The translations under genes and the position numbers were made by a program. Below, piece by piece: positions 55,303-64,000 of a DNA stretch of 64,000 bases. The notes beneath the pieces were generated by a model, which saw nothing but the letters and a program-made list of their open reading frames with translations, was not told the DNA's origin and did no database searches. Each line of letters opens with the position of its first letter. The stretch's first letter is position 1. This stretch comes from an uncultured bacterium. GTDB lineage: Bacteria > Omnitrophota > Omnitrophia > Omnitrophales > Aquincolibacteriaceae. Where the stretch lies: contig CAYPIR010000008.1 in NCBI GenBank assembly GCA_964410905.1, forward strand, positions 19,019 to 83,018, read 5' to 3'.

Positions 55303-57326
55303 TGGATAATACAATTAAAACAATAAAAGTTGACGGCATTGAACTTCCAATCGAAGGAGAACGAAACCTTTTGGAAGTAATTAGAAAAGGAGGAATTGAA
55401 ATTCCGACTTTTTGTTATCACTCTGAACTCAGCATTTACGGCGCGTGCCGGTTGTGCATTGTCGAAGTCGAAGGTCGTGGAATTATGGCGTCTTGCTCTA
55501 CGCCGCCTGAATCGGGGCTTAAAGTTCATACGGCAACGGCTGAAGTTCGTAAGATGCGTAAAGTTGGTCTGGAGCTTTTGCTTGCAGGACACGAACAAGA
55601 ATGCACGACGTGTTATAAAAATACAGCTTGCAAACTTCAAACGCTATCCAAGAACTTTGGCATTGAAAAAGTCAGATTTCGTCAAATGCAAAAAAACTTG
55701 CCGTCAGATTTTTCTTCGCCGTCGCTGGTCCGCAATCCTAATAAATGTATTTTATGCGGCGACTGCGTCCGTATGTGCGAAGAAGTGCAGGGGATTGGAG
55801 CGATTGATTTCGTGCATCGCGGGCATAAGGCAATTGTGCTTCCATCGTTTGGCAAAGATTTAGCAAAAGTGGAATGTGTAAATTGCGGACAATGCGCTCG
55901 CGTGTGTCCGACAGGCGCGCTTACGCCTAGGTCTGAAGTGGATGAGGTTTGGAAAGATGTAAACGATCCGACAAAAAGAGTTATTGTTCAGATCGCTCCC
56001 GCCGTGCGCGTCGCACTTGGCGAAGAGTTTGGACTTGAACCCGGCAGTATTTCTACGGGGAAAATGGTAACGGCGCTTCGCATGATGGGCTTTGATGCCG
56101 TTTATGACACGTGCTTTGCCGCGGATCTTACTATAGTTGAAGAGGCGGAAGAATTTGTTCGCCGCATTCAATCCGGAGGAGTTTTTCCGCAATTTACATC
56201 CTGCTGCCCGGCATGGATTAAATATGCTGAGCAATATTATCCTGAAATTTTTAAAAATATTTCTAGTTGTAAATCTCCGCAGCAGATGTTTGGCGCGGCG
56301 GCGAAAGAGGCGCTTGTTAAATCAAGCGGTGTTGAGCGCAAAGATTTTGTGGTTGTATCCATTATGCCCTGCACGGCAAAGAAATTTGAAGCGAAACGTC
56401 CGGAGTTTTTTGTCGATGGAAACCCGGATGTCGATCACGTTTTGACGACTCAGGAGCTTGCGCAGATGATACGCGAACGCGGTATTTGTTTTAATCAACT
56501 TAAGGCGCAGGACTTTGATCACCCGTTCGGCGAAGCCACCGGAGCGGGCGTTATATTTGGAAATTCCGGCGGAGTAACGGAAGCGGCGCTGAGGTATGTT
56601 GTGGAGAAAATAACTAATCAGCCTCTCCAGAATGTTGAGTTTAAGGAAGTTCGCGGCGAGGATGGCGTGCGCGAAGCGAGTCTTAATGTTGCGGGAAAAA
56701 CTGTGAATGTAGCGATAGCGTTTGGGCTCGCGAACGCGAAGCTGCTCTGCGATCAAGTGAAAAAAGGCGAAAGTAAATATCATTTGATAGAAGTTATGGC
56801 ATGCCCCGGAGGCTGTGTTGGAGGTGCCGGGCAGCCCGTTGTTTTAACGGGAGATACGCGTCGTAAGCGCGCTAAGGGGCTTTATGACTCGGACAAGATG
56901 AAGAAGGATCACAAGGCTCAAGAAAATGCCGAGATAAAAAAACTTTATGCTGATCACATCGGCGAAATAGGCGGCGCGAAAGCGCATCAGCTTTTGCATA
57001 CGCATTATCATAATCGCAGAAGATTTACGTCTGAAGGGTTGCCGCTTATTAAGAGCGACGCGCCGGAGCATGTCGATGTCGAGGTCTGCGTTGGGACGGC
57101 GTGTCACACGCGTGGAGCTGAGAGTCTTTTAAGCGGACTTGTTAAATATGTGGAAGAGGCGAAGTTAAAAAACATTGTTAACATTAAAGGAACATTTTGT
57201 TTTGAAAATTGTGGGAAAGGCCCAAGCGTCAGAATTGGCGATAAAATTTATAACGAATGCACGCTTGCTTCCACGAAAGAAATTTTAGACAAGCAAATTT
57301 CCGCGTTATCGCTTAAAAACTCTTAA
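55302..57326 (+). CDS. hydA: [FeFe] hydrogenase catalytic subunit (NuoG-like N-terminus; H-cluster domain; C-terminal thioredoxin-like 2Fe-2S domain).
   Basis: H-cluster motifs TSCCPAW (L1), MPCTAKKFE (L2) and EVMACPGGCVGGAGQP (L3), with N-terminal 2Fe-2S/4Fe-4S Cys clusters. Confidence 0.9.
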   Translation: MDNTIKTIKVDGIELPIEGERNLLEVIRKGGIEIPTFCYHSELSIYGACRLCIVEVEGRGIMASCSTPPESGLKVHTATAEVRKMRKVGLELLLAGHEQECTTCYKNTACKLQTLSKNFGIEKVRFRQMQKNLPSDFSSPSLVRNPNKCILCGDCVRMCEEVQGIGAIDFVHRGHKAIVLPSFGKDLAKVECVNCGQCARVCPTGALTPRSEVDEVWKDVNDPTKRVIVQIAPAVRVALGEEFGLEPGSISTGKMVTALRMMGFDAVYDTCFAADLTIVEEAEEFVRRIQSGGVFPQFTSCCPAWIKYAEQYYPEIFKNISSCKSPQQMFGAAAKEALVKSSGVERKDFVVVSIMPCTAKKFEAKRPEFFVDGNPDVDHVLTTQELAQMIRERGICFNQLKAQDFDHPFGEATGAGVIFGNSGGVTEAALRYVVEKITNQPLQNVEFKEVRGEDGVREASLNVAGKTVNVAIAFGLANAKLLCDQVKKGESKYHLIEVMACPGGCVGGAGQPVVLTGDTRRKRAKGLYDSDKMKKDHKAQENAEIKKLYADHIGEIGGAKAHQLLHTHYHNRRRFTSEGLPLIKSDAPEHVDVEVCVGTACHTRGAESLLSGLVKYVEEAKLKNIVNIKGTFCFENCGKGPSVRIGDKIYNECTLASTKEILDKQISALSLKNS

Positions 57327-57381
57327 TTAGCAGGTTGTTTGCAGCTTTTTTTCGCTTTAGTTATTAAGCCGAACTTAAATA

Positions 57382-58440
57382 ATGTTAAGGGAAAATAATT
57401 TCGCGTATATGAAAATCTTGTCTGATTATTCCCTCAAATCCCTCAATACATTTGGTCTTGACGCGAATGCCGAATATTTCGCGGATATAGACTCCGCAGC
57501 CTCGCTTCAATTTATCTTCTCTGAGCCTAAGTTGGCAAAACTTCCCAAATTTGTTTTGGGCGGCGGCAGTAATATTCTTTTTACGCAAAATGTGAAAGGG
57601 CTTGTTCTTAAAAATAATTTTCAAGGAATTTCTGTGGCAGGAGAAACTGAAACGCAAGTTGTCGTCAGAGTTGGCGGCGGAGTTTTGTGGCACGACTTTG
57701 TTATTTGGTGCGTTGAACGAAATTATGGGGGAGCTGAAAACTTGGCGTTAATCCCGGGGACAGTTGGAGCGGCGCCTGTTCAAAATATTGGCGCGTATGG
57801 CGTTGAACTTAAAGATTTCTTTTTGACACTTAGAGCAATAGACCTAGAGACTTTAGACGAGCGTGAATTTTTAGAGCAGGATTGTAAATTCGGCTATCGC
57901 GACAGTATTTTTAAAAATAAATATAAAAATAAATGGTTTATCTCTCATGTGTCATTTCGTTTGGAAAAAATTTCGCTTGAAAATCCTTATAAGTTTAAAA
58001 TTAGTTATGGAAATATTAGGCAGACATTGGAGAAGTTGCCGCAAGGTGAATTAGACATTAAAAAAGTTTTTGATGCCGTCTGCCAAATTAGGCAGGAGAA
58101 ATTGCCTGATCCAAATGTGCTTGGTAATGCCGGGAGTTTTTTTAAAAATCCGTTGGTGGAAAAAGGAAAATATGAACAGATAAAAAAAACATATCCACAA
58201 GTCCCGTCTTATGAAGCGGATTGCGAGATGCTGAAAATTCCTGCAGCGTGGTTTATTGATAATTGCGGGTTTAAAGGAAAACGCGTTGGCGATGTCGGCT
58301 GTTACAAGGATCAAGCGCTTGTTATCGTGAATTATGGTTCGGCACGGGGGAAAGAAATTTTAGATTTCGCGATGCGCATTCAAAACGCGGTGCTCAAAAA
58401 ATTCGGCGTTGAACTTTCTATGGAAGTGAATGTTATTTAA
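57382..58440 (+). CDS. murB: UDP-N-acetylenolpyruvoylglucosamine reductase.
   Basis: FAD-binding GGGSNILF, then the C-terminal MurB domain. Alternative start at 57409. Confidence 0.85.
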   Translation: MLRENNFAYMKILSDYSLKSLNTFGLDANAEYFADIDSAASLQFIFSEPKLAKLPKFVLGGGSNILFTQNVKGLVLKNNFQGISVAGETETQVVVRVGGGVLWHDFVIWCVERNYGGAENLALIPGTVGAAPVQNIGAYGVELKDFFLTLRAIDLETLDEREFLEQDCKFGYRDSIFKNKYKNKWFISHVSFRLEKISLENPYKFKISYGNIRQTLEKLPQGELDIKKVFDAVCQIRQEKLPDPNVLGNAGSFFKNPLVEKGKYEQIKKTYPQVPSYEADCEMLKIPAAWFIDNCGFKGKRVGDVGCYKDQALVIVNYGSARGKEILDFAMRIQNAVLKKFGVELSMEVNVI

Positions 58441-58565
58441 TATAGAATGCAAAAACTTGCTAAGTGGAATGCAAAAAAAAGACAGTTGTTTCTGACTCGG
58501 ATTATAGCGGTTGAGCGAATTAATTATTAACCCGTAAACCCTTACATTTTGAAAGCGAATCGATA

Positions 58566-59591
58566 ATGCCCCCTCAAATAGTAGACGTAGTAATGCCCGT
58601 TTACAATTCTTGCACTTGGACAAAACAGGCGATTGAAAGCATCTTTTTAAATGTTAAAACTCCTTCCCGAATACTTGTCATCAATAACGCAAGCGTAGAC
58701 GAGACAACGAAAATTCTTGAAGACCTAAAAGCGAAATCTCCCAATCATATAGAACTAATTCACGTTCAAAATTCTCAAAACTTGGGTTGGATTGGAGCAA
58801 TAAACAAAGGGTTTGAAATGGCGGCAGCGCCCTATGTGGTAATGGCGAACAATGACATTTTTATTTATAAAAACACGATAGAGGAAATGATAGCGATATT
58901 TGAAGCGAACCCGCAAATTGGTTTGGTAAATCCCGACTCAAACGAATTTGAATCCGAATTAGTCAAAGCTCACCGTCCTTTTACGGAAGAAGAAGTTTTG
59001 GAAATTTATGAGACAAATAAAGGGAAATGGACAGAAAGGTGTTCTGCCATAGGTTTTTTTGCGATGGTGCGACGGGATGTTTTAAAGTCAGTTGGCGGGT
59101 TGGGAATAGAATATGGTTTGGGCTATGCCGAAGATATAGATTTTTCAGAAAAAGTACTTAAAGCCGGATTTTTAATCGTCCGCGCCCGCGGAGCGTACGC
59201 ACATCATTTTGGCTCCAAAACCTTCAAAAAAGAAAGTGAATCGATAAGAAAATTAAAAGAAGAAAACCGCAAACTGTTGAGGGCGAAATGGGGAGAGAAG
59301 CGACGCGAGGCCATTTTGCTGAAAAACAAGATTTGCGAAGACAATGGTAGGCTGAAAGTTGTCTTGGATTTATTGGCGGAAAAACTTCGTGAGAAAACAG
59401 GGTTTATTTATGTGTTTGTTCCCAAGAAATATGAGCAAGAGGTCAAATCGCGCCACGATCATTTTAGAGTAAAACCGTATCGTTTTTGGGGCGGCGCGTA
59501 TTTGTTCTTTTATAAATTATTCCAAAAAAAGAAACGCCGTTTCAAAACAATATCAGACACGGTTGGCCTTGAGGAAAATAAAAATGCCTAA
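58566..59591 (+). CDS. Family 2 glycosyltransferase.
   Basis: VVMPVYNS N-terminus, a DxD-like element (NNDIF / YAEDID), about 340 aa. Confidence 0.7.
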   Translation: MPPQIVDVVMPVYNSCTWTKQAIESIFLNVKTPSRILVINNASVDETTKILEDLKAKSPNHIELIHVQNSQNLGWIGAINKGFEMAAAPYVVMANNDIFIYKNTIEEMIAIFEANPQIGLVNPDSNEFESELVKAHRPFTEEEVLEIYETNKGKWTERCSAIGFFAMVRRDVLKSVGGLGIEYGLGYAEDIDFSEKVLKAGFLIVRARGAYAHHFGSKTFKKESESIRKLKEENRKLLRAKWGEKRREAILLKNKICEDNGRLKVVLDLLAEKLREKTGFIYVFVPKKYEQEVKSRHDHFRVKPYRFWGGAYLFFYKLFQKKKRRFKTISDTVGLEENKNA

Positions 59592-59802
59592 ATGGAATTG
59601 GCAGAGGTCCGGCAACGAATATTGTGATGAAGCAGAATGTCCGGAATGTCAAAATCAAGACAGGGACGGGCGGGGTAAAATAATTTATAAATCAGAAATA
59701 GAAGCGCAAAAACGGGCCGATTATAAAAAGCGAAGTGAAAATCTGCGTCTCTATCCATATAAATGTCCATATGGTTATGGATGGCATTTAACAAAAGGCT
59801 GA
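59584..59802 (+). CDS. Small Cys-containing hypothetical protein (72 aa).
   Basis: CDEAECPEC ... YKCPYGYGWHLT. Start overlaps the stop of the glycosyltransferase. Ends 10 nt before addA. Confidence 0.35.
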   Translation: MPKWNWQRSGNEYCDEAECPECQNQDRDGRGKIIYKSEIEAQKRADYKKRSENLRLYPYKCPYGYGWHLTKG

Positions 59803-59811
59803 TACTCCAAT

Positions 59812-62800
59812 ATGCCGGAATTCTCTCTTACAACCGACCAAAAAACAGCCATAAACACGCTTGATAAAAATCTTGTTGTCGCGGCGGGCGCGGGAACTGG
59901 AAAAACTAGAGTTCTCACCGAGCGTATTATTGAAATTCGCAAACGGAATAGTGATATATCTTTCAAAAACATTCTTGCACTGACATTTACGGACAAAGCC
60001 GCCGCCGAAATGAAAGAGCGGCTTGATAAAAGGCTCCGCGCTGACGAACGCCTAGCGAAGTTTCTGCCTGATTTAGAAAACGCGCAAATTTCCACAATAC
60101 ACAGTTTTGCTTTCGAATTTTTAAAAAAGTATCCAATAGAAGCGGGAATAGATCCTAATTTTTCGGTTCTTGATGAAGAACAGGCGGACATTCTGCGGGA
60201 AGAAATTTTGGATGGAATTATCGAAAAACGTTTTGAAGATGATAAGGAAACTTTTGAAATATTTACGGTTTATGCCGAAGGCGCTGTTCGCGACGGAATA
60301 ATCAAAATATACGATAAAGCTATGAGTTTAGGGAAAACGGTTGAAAATTTTTTTCAAACCAGAGCTAAAAAACGTGATGAGTTTTGCGAGGACTTAGAAA
60401 AAAAAATAGAAATTTCTATTAAAAGTTTGCCGGATTTAAAAGGTAGGAACGCAAAAGATGAAAAGCAAACACTTCAGATGTTTTTCAATAATAAATTTTG
60501 GGATGAAAAGGTGCTTGAAGATTTTAAGACGTGGAGAAGCGGATACAAACGACGTGGTAAAGGTAAGGACGAATGGCGCGGTGTCGCTGACGAACTCTTG
60601 TCATTACGTAAAGAATATTTAACAAATAAATGGCGGACGAAATTAGAAAAACTCGTGATTGAATTTGAAAAAAAGTATCACGAAAAAAAAACAAAAAAAG
60701 GATTGCTCGATTTTGAAGATTTGCAAAATAAAGCGGTTGAGCTTTTGCGGGGAGAAACCGCGATTTCTCAAAAAATACGGCTTGATACGCAGGCGCGGTA
60801 TAAATTTATTTTAGTTGATGAATCTCAAGACACGAATGATTTGCAAATGGAATTAATTGGGCTGATCGCGTCGGAAAAAAATTTATTTTATGTAGGGGAT
60901 TACAATCAATCTATTTATGGGTTTCGCGGAACCCGCCCTGAAAATTTCAAGAAAATAGAAAACGATTTTCAAATCTCAGAAAGCGCAAAGTGCGTAAAAC
61001 TTAGAGATAATTTCAGAAGTTCCCCTGCGATATTAAAAGTTGTGAATTCTTACTTTGAAGACAAGTTGAAGATCCTAGAGCTGCAGGCAAGCGGCCAAAG
61101 AAACAGGGAAAAAGATTTTTATCAAAATGAAAAAGAGGCTGTGAAATGGAATATTCAATTTTATGCCGATGGCGAAGACAATGTCGACGGCGCAAGAATA
61201 AAAGAAGCTCAGCATATCGCGCGTCAAATCAAGGCTATTGTCGAAAAAGAAGAGACATTTGATGAAGAAACAAAAGAGGAAAGAAAACTTGCTTTTGGCG
61301 ATATCGCTATTCTTTTTAGAGCGATGTCAAATGTTTTGCTTTACGCGACGGCGCTGAAGGCGCAAAACATACCTTTTTTTATCGCTTCCGGGCGCGGCTT
61401 TTATGACCAATCTGAAATTCGAGACATGCTCAATTTTTTAACATTTCTTGAAAAACCTTTTGCTGAAGTTTCTCTCGCCGCCGTGCTGCGATCTCCCTTT
61501 TTTCATATTAACGATGAAACGCTTGCGCGCCTTGCGAACAGAGCAAAAAAAGGCAAAGCCGATAATGACGCCGGAACGCTTTATGACGCATTCGCGGAGT
61601 TGGAGAATATTGATAGCATTGCGGATGAACAGAAAAAACGTCTAAGACATTTTGTGAATGTCGTTCAAGAGCTTTTGAGTTTAAAAGAAAAAATTCTTGT
61701 GTCTGACCTTATGGAAAAAATTCTCGAAAAAACGGGATATGACCTTTTTCTTTTAATGGAACAAAAAGGAATTCGGCAAGACGCGAATATAAAAAAACTG
61801 ATAACTATGACGCGTGAATATGAGGCTGACGAGCATTTGAGTTTGGCTGATTTTTTAAAACGAGTGAAACGACGAACAGATAATAAAGTAAAAGAAATGG
61901 AAGCTCAGATTTATTTAGAAAAAGAAGCGAATGCCGTCAGGTTGATGACAGTTCACGCGGCCAAAGGATTGGAATTCCCCGTTGTGTTTGTTGTGGATAT
62001 TTTTAGAAAAGCGAATTCTGGCGGGAAAAAGAAAATCATAAAGGAATCAACGGAAGGTTATTCAATGGGTCTTCCGAATGATGACGATAAGCCTTGCTTC
62101 TGGCAAAAAATTAATAAAGTATTAAATGACCGGGATAATGAGGAAAAAAATAGAGTTCTTTATGTCGCAATGACTCGCGCTAAAGAACGTCTTTTTTTAA
62201 GCGGTGGGAAAAAGAAAAAAGATAACGAAGATGAATATTCTTCGGCTGAAATTATAAAATACTGCAACGACAATGATTTTAAAACCGAACAATTCACGGA
62301 TGAAAGCAAAACGGAATTTGCCGAAGAGAATTTCAGGGAACGCATAAGCAAAGTTATAGATGAAGCAAAAGATTGGGGAAATGAGACGACGGCGGAACAA
62401 ATTTTAAAGCCGTATTGGGAACGCATTGATTTGCCTGTGTCCGCTTTTTGCCTTTTCAAAAAAGATCCGGAAAGTTTTTGGCGAGTTTATTTATTGGGCG
62501 CTAAACAAAATTGTTTACCTAATCAAAATGATTTTGAAATAAAAGAAAAAGAAATGCCGAGCGTTGAAAAAACAGATGCTGATGAGCCGCTTTCGCATGC
62601 TGAATTTGGCACGGCAATACACTCGTTTTTGGAAAAAAAACTTGATGATTTGGACACCATGGATTTGGGGGCGGAGACAAACGCCGTGTTTAAGCGCTTT
62701 GGCGAGACCGCGAGAAATGCGCAAAAGATGCTTGAGGATTTTGCGAAGTCCGAAATGTATAAAAAAATAAAAAATGCTCAAAAAACTTACAAAGAGGTGC

Positions 62801-63144
62801 AGTTTTTTTTACGCACCGATTTTGGAACGATTGAAGGTATAATCGATGTTCTGTTTCAAGACAAGGACGGAGCGTGGCATATTGTTGATTATAAAACAGC
62901 GTCCGGGGACGATGAGAAAGCCCGCCGAAGTGCTTATGATTTGCAGCTTGAAATTTATGCGGCCGCGGCGGAAAAGATACTAAATATAAAAATTGAAACG
63001 ACTGCGGTTTATTACCTAGAGAATCAAACTGTCGTTTCGGTCGAGATAAACCGCGGAGATGAAAACTCACTTGAGAAAATTCACAAGCTGCAAAGGGATG
63101 TTTTGAATTTTTGCAATTCAAATATTCAAAAACAAATATTATGA
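59812..63144 (+). CDS. addA: ATP-dependent helicase/nuclease subunit A (UvrD-like helicase plus C-terminal RecB-family nuclease).
   Basis: Walker A AGAGTGKTRVLTERI; UvrD motifs (ILVDESQDTN, GDYNQSIYGFRG, VHAAKGLEFP, YVAMTRAKERLFLSG). Nuclease motif IIDVLFQDKDGAWHIVDYKTA. Confidence 0.85.
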   Translation: MPEFSLTTDQKTAINTLDKNLVVAAGAGTGKTRVLTERIIEIRKRNSDISFKNILALTFTDKAAAEMKERLDKRLRADERLAKFLPDLENAQISTIHSFAFEFLKKYPIEAGIDPNFSVLDEEQADILREEILDGIIEKRFEDDKETFEIFTVYAEGAVRDGIIKIYDKAMSLGKTVENFFQTRAKKRDEFCEDLEKKIEISIKSLPDLKGRNAKDEKQTLQMFFNNKFWDEKVLEDFKTWRSGYKRRGKGKDEWRGVADELLSLRKEYLTNKWRTKLEKLVIEFEKKYHEKKTKKGLLDFEDLQNKAVELLRGETAISQKIRLDTQARYKFILVDESQDTNDLQMELIGLIASEKNLFYVGDYNQSIYGFRGTRPENFKKIENDFQISESAKCVKLRDNFRSSPAILKVVNSYFEDKLKILELQASGQRNREKDFYQNEKEAVKWNIQFYADGEDNVDGARIKEAQHIARQIKAIVEKEETFDEETKEERKLAFGDIAILFRAMSNVLLYATALKAQNIPFFIASGRGFYDQSEIRDMLNFLTFLEKPFAEVSLAAVLRSPFFHINDETLARLANRAKKGKADNDAGTLYDAFAELENIDSIADEQKKRLRHFVNVVQELLSLKEKILVSDLMEKILEKTGYDLFLLMEQKGIRQDANIKKLITMTREYEADEHLSLADFLKRVKRRTDNKVKEMEAQIYLEKEANAVRLMTVHAAKGLEFPVVFVVDIFRKANSGGKKKIIKESTEGYSMGLPNDDDKPCFWQKINKVLNDRDNEEKNRVLYVAMTRAKERLFLSGGKKKKDNEDEYSSAEIIKYCNDNDFKTEQFTDESKTEFAEENFRERISKVIDEAKDWGNETTAEQILKPYWERIDLPVSAFCLFKKDPESFWRVYLLGAKQNCLPNQNDFEIKEKEMPSVEKTDADEPLSHAEFGTAIHSFLEKKLDDLDTMDLGAETNAVFKRFGETARNAQKMLEDFAKSEMYKKIKNAQKTYKEVQFFLRTDFGTIEGIIDVLFQDKDGAWHIVDYKTASGDDEKARRSAYDLQLEIYAAAAEKILNIKIETTAVYYLENQTVVSVEINRGDENSLEKIHKLQRDVLNFCNSNIQKQIL

Positions 63145-63791
63145 AAAAATTGATACTTTATGATTTGGACGGCACGATCGTGGATACAAGACGCGATATA
63201 ATTGAGGCTGTCAGATTTACTCTCGCGAATTTAAATGCTCCTGAAATGACCGATGAGGAGATAAAAAAATGCGTTGGGACAGGTTTGCATTCCTTGATTC
63301 GCCAAGTTCTTAAAACAGATGATGAAAAGCTGCTGGAGCGGGCAGCCAAACTTTACCGTAAATTTTATGAGGCGCATATGCTTGATAATACGGCGCTTTA
63401 TCCGAGCGTGATAGAAACTCTCGAATATTTTAAAACTAGAACGCAAGCGGTAATTACAAACAAGCCTAATCCTTTTTCCACGCAAATTCTGGACTCGCTT
63501 GGCATTTTAAAGTATTTTGCCGGGGTTTTTGCCGGAGATCAGGGATTTGCGTTTAAGCCCGACCCGGCGGCGATAAAATATATGAGGGAAAAAGCGAACG
63601 CGGCAAAAGACGAGACGATTTTTATCGGTGACAGCGAGGTCGATATACAGACCGCGGGTAACGCTGATGTTGAAGCGGTGATTGTCGCACATGGATTTGC
63701 CCGCGCTGAAACGCTTGAAAAATTAAAACCAAATTATTTGGTAAAAGATTTTCAGGAGTTTTTGGCATTAGCAAAAAAAATGAATTGGTAA
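63141..63791 (+). CDS. HAD-superfamily phosphatase (phosphoglycolate-phosphatase-like).
   Basis: LYDLDGTIVDT motif I, ITNKP motif II, and K...GDSEVD motifs III/IV. ATGA overlap with the addA stop. Confidence 0.75.
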   Translation: MKKLILYDLDGTIVDTRRDIIEAVRFTLANLNAPEMTDEEIKKCVGTGLHSLIRQVLKTDDEKLLERAAKLYRKFYEAHMLDNTALYPSVIETLEYFKTRTQAVITNKPNPFSTQILDSLGILKYFAGVFAGDQGFAFKPDPAAIKYMREKANAAKDETIFIGDSEVDIQTAGNADVEAVIVAHGFARAETLEKLKPNYLVKDFQEFLALAKKMNW

Positions 63792-63824
63792 ATTAAACAT
63801 AACATTATTTAAAAGGAATAAAAA

Positions 63825-64000
63825 ATGAGTGAAATGGATATAGATATTAAAGATAGCGATGCGACTAAAAAAGGCGGAACGATTTCAGAAGGCGATCTTG
63901 TTCTCGTTTGGTTTGATGACGAACGGACTTACATGGTTGATGTAACAAAGGGGAAGCGCGTGGCGATTCATTGCGGAAAACCGCTTGATGTCGAAACATG
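63825..64000 (+). CDS. 3'-truncated gene. The N-terminal beta-barrel region resembles tRNA (m1A) methyltransferase TrmI/Gcd14-type proteins (tentative).
   Basis: AAAAGGA RBS. Translation MSEMDIDIKDSDATKKGGTISEGDLVLVWFDDERTYMVDVTKGKRVAIHCGKPLDVET. Runs off the window end. Confidence 0.35.
   Translation, partial: MSEMDIDIKDSDATKKGGTISEGDLVLVWFDDERTYMVDVTKGKRVAIHCGKPLDVET

Noticed and set aside
27176-57326. Idea that the missing nuoEFG indicates a misassembly joining two loci.
   Set aside because: Gene overlaps and spacing across nuoA-N are continuous and typical. NuoEFG-less 11-subunit operons are well known, and the NuoEFG homologues here carry hydrogenase H-cluster motifs, so they belong to a separate enzyme.
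1-64000. Searched intergenic regions for tRNA/rRNA genes, CRISPR repeats, IS elements / terminal inverted repeats, and integrase genes.
   Set aside because: No cloverleaf-like tRNA candidates or regularly spaced direct repeats were seen. No transposase or integrase translation was found. The only mobility-related signatures are the decayed toxin-antitoxin pair and truncated genes at 43-50 kb.

Overview
This 64-kb window is a chromosomal segment from a moderately AT-rich bacterium that looks strictly anaerobic. The anaerobic reading rests on a trimeric [FeFe] hydrogenase behind a Rex repressor, an 11-subunit NuoA-N complex I with no NuoEFG, ferredoxins and radical SAM enzymes. A type IV pilin-like operon and lipoprotein-rich secreted proteins suggest a diderm envelope. 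About 60 protein-coding genes are called on both strands; I found no rRNA, tRNA, CRISPR array or intact mobile element. Most of the window is core metabolism and housekeeping:
- feoB (3' part), HAD hydrolases, htpX, ferredoxin, ispH, efp, queD, plsC, gatCA, murB and a family 2 glycosyltransferase;
- addB and addA, both present but about 49 kb apart;
- a Ski2-like helicase and an IGHMBP2/Upf1-like helicase;
- the nuoABCDHIJKLMN operon followed by an RluA-type pseudouridine synthase;
- two sensor kinase / response regulator sets.
The clearly accessory part is 43.0-50.3 kb. It holds an N-terminally truncated COG1373 ATPase fragment, a divergent XRE regulator, and a six-gene operon of secreted proteins. 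That operon has two tandem CsgG-family lipoproteins (one with a PEGA domain), an LPP20-like protein, a small zinc-ribbon lipoprotein and two unknown secreted proteins, and it ends at a canonical rho-independent terminator. Next to it lie a KDPG-aldolase gene fragment and a decayed Phd/YefM-ParE/RelE toxin-antitoxin pair. A second notable module is a PAS protein plus a PP2C phosphatase transcribed divergently from rex-hydCBA, with an unusual array of ATCGAT palindromes in the shared promoter region. All calls are from reading the sequence and translations by eye; no database search was run.
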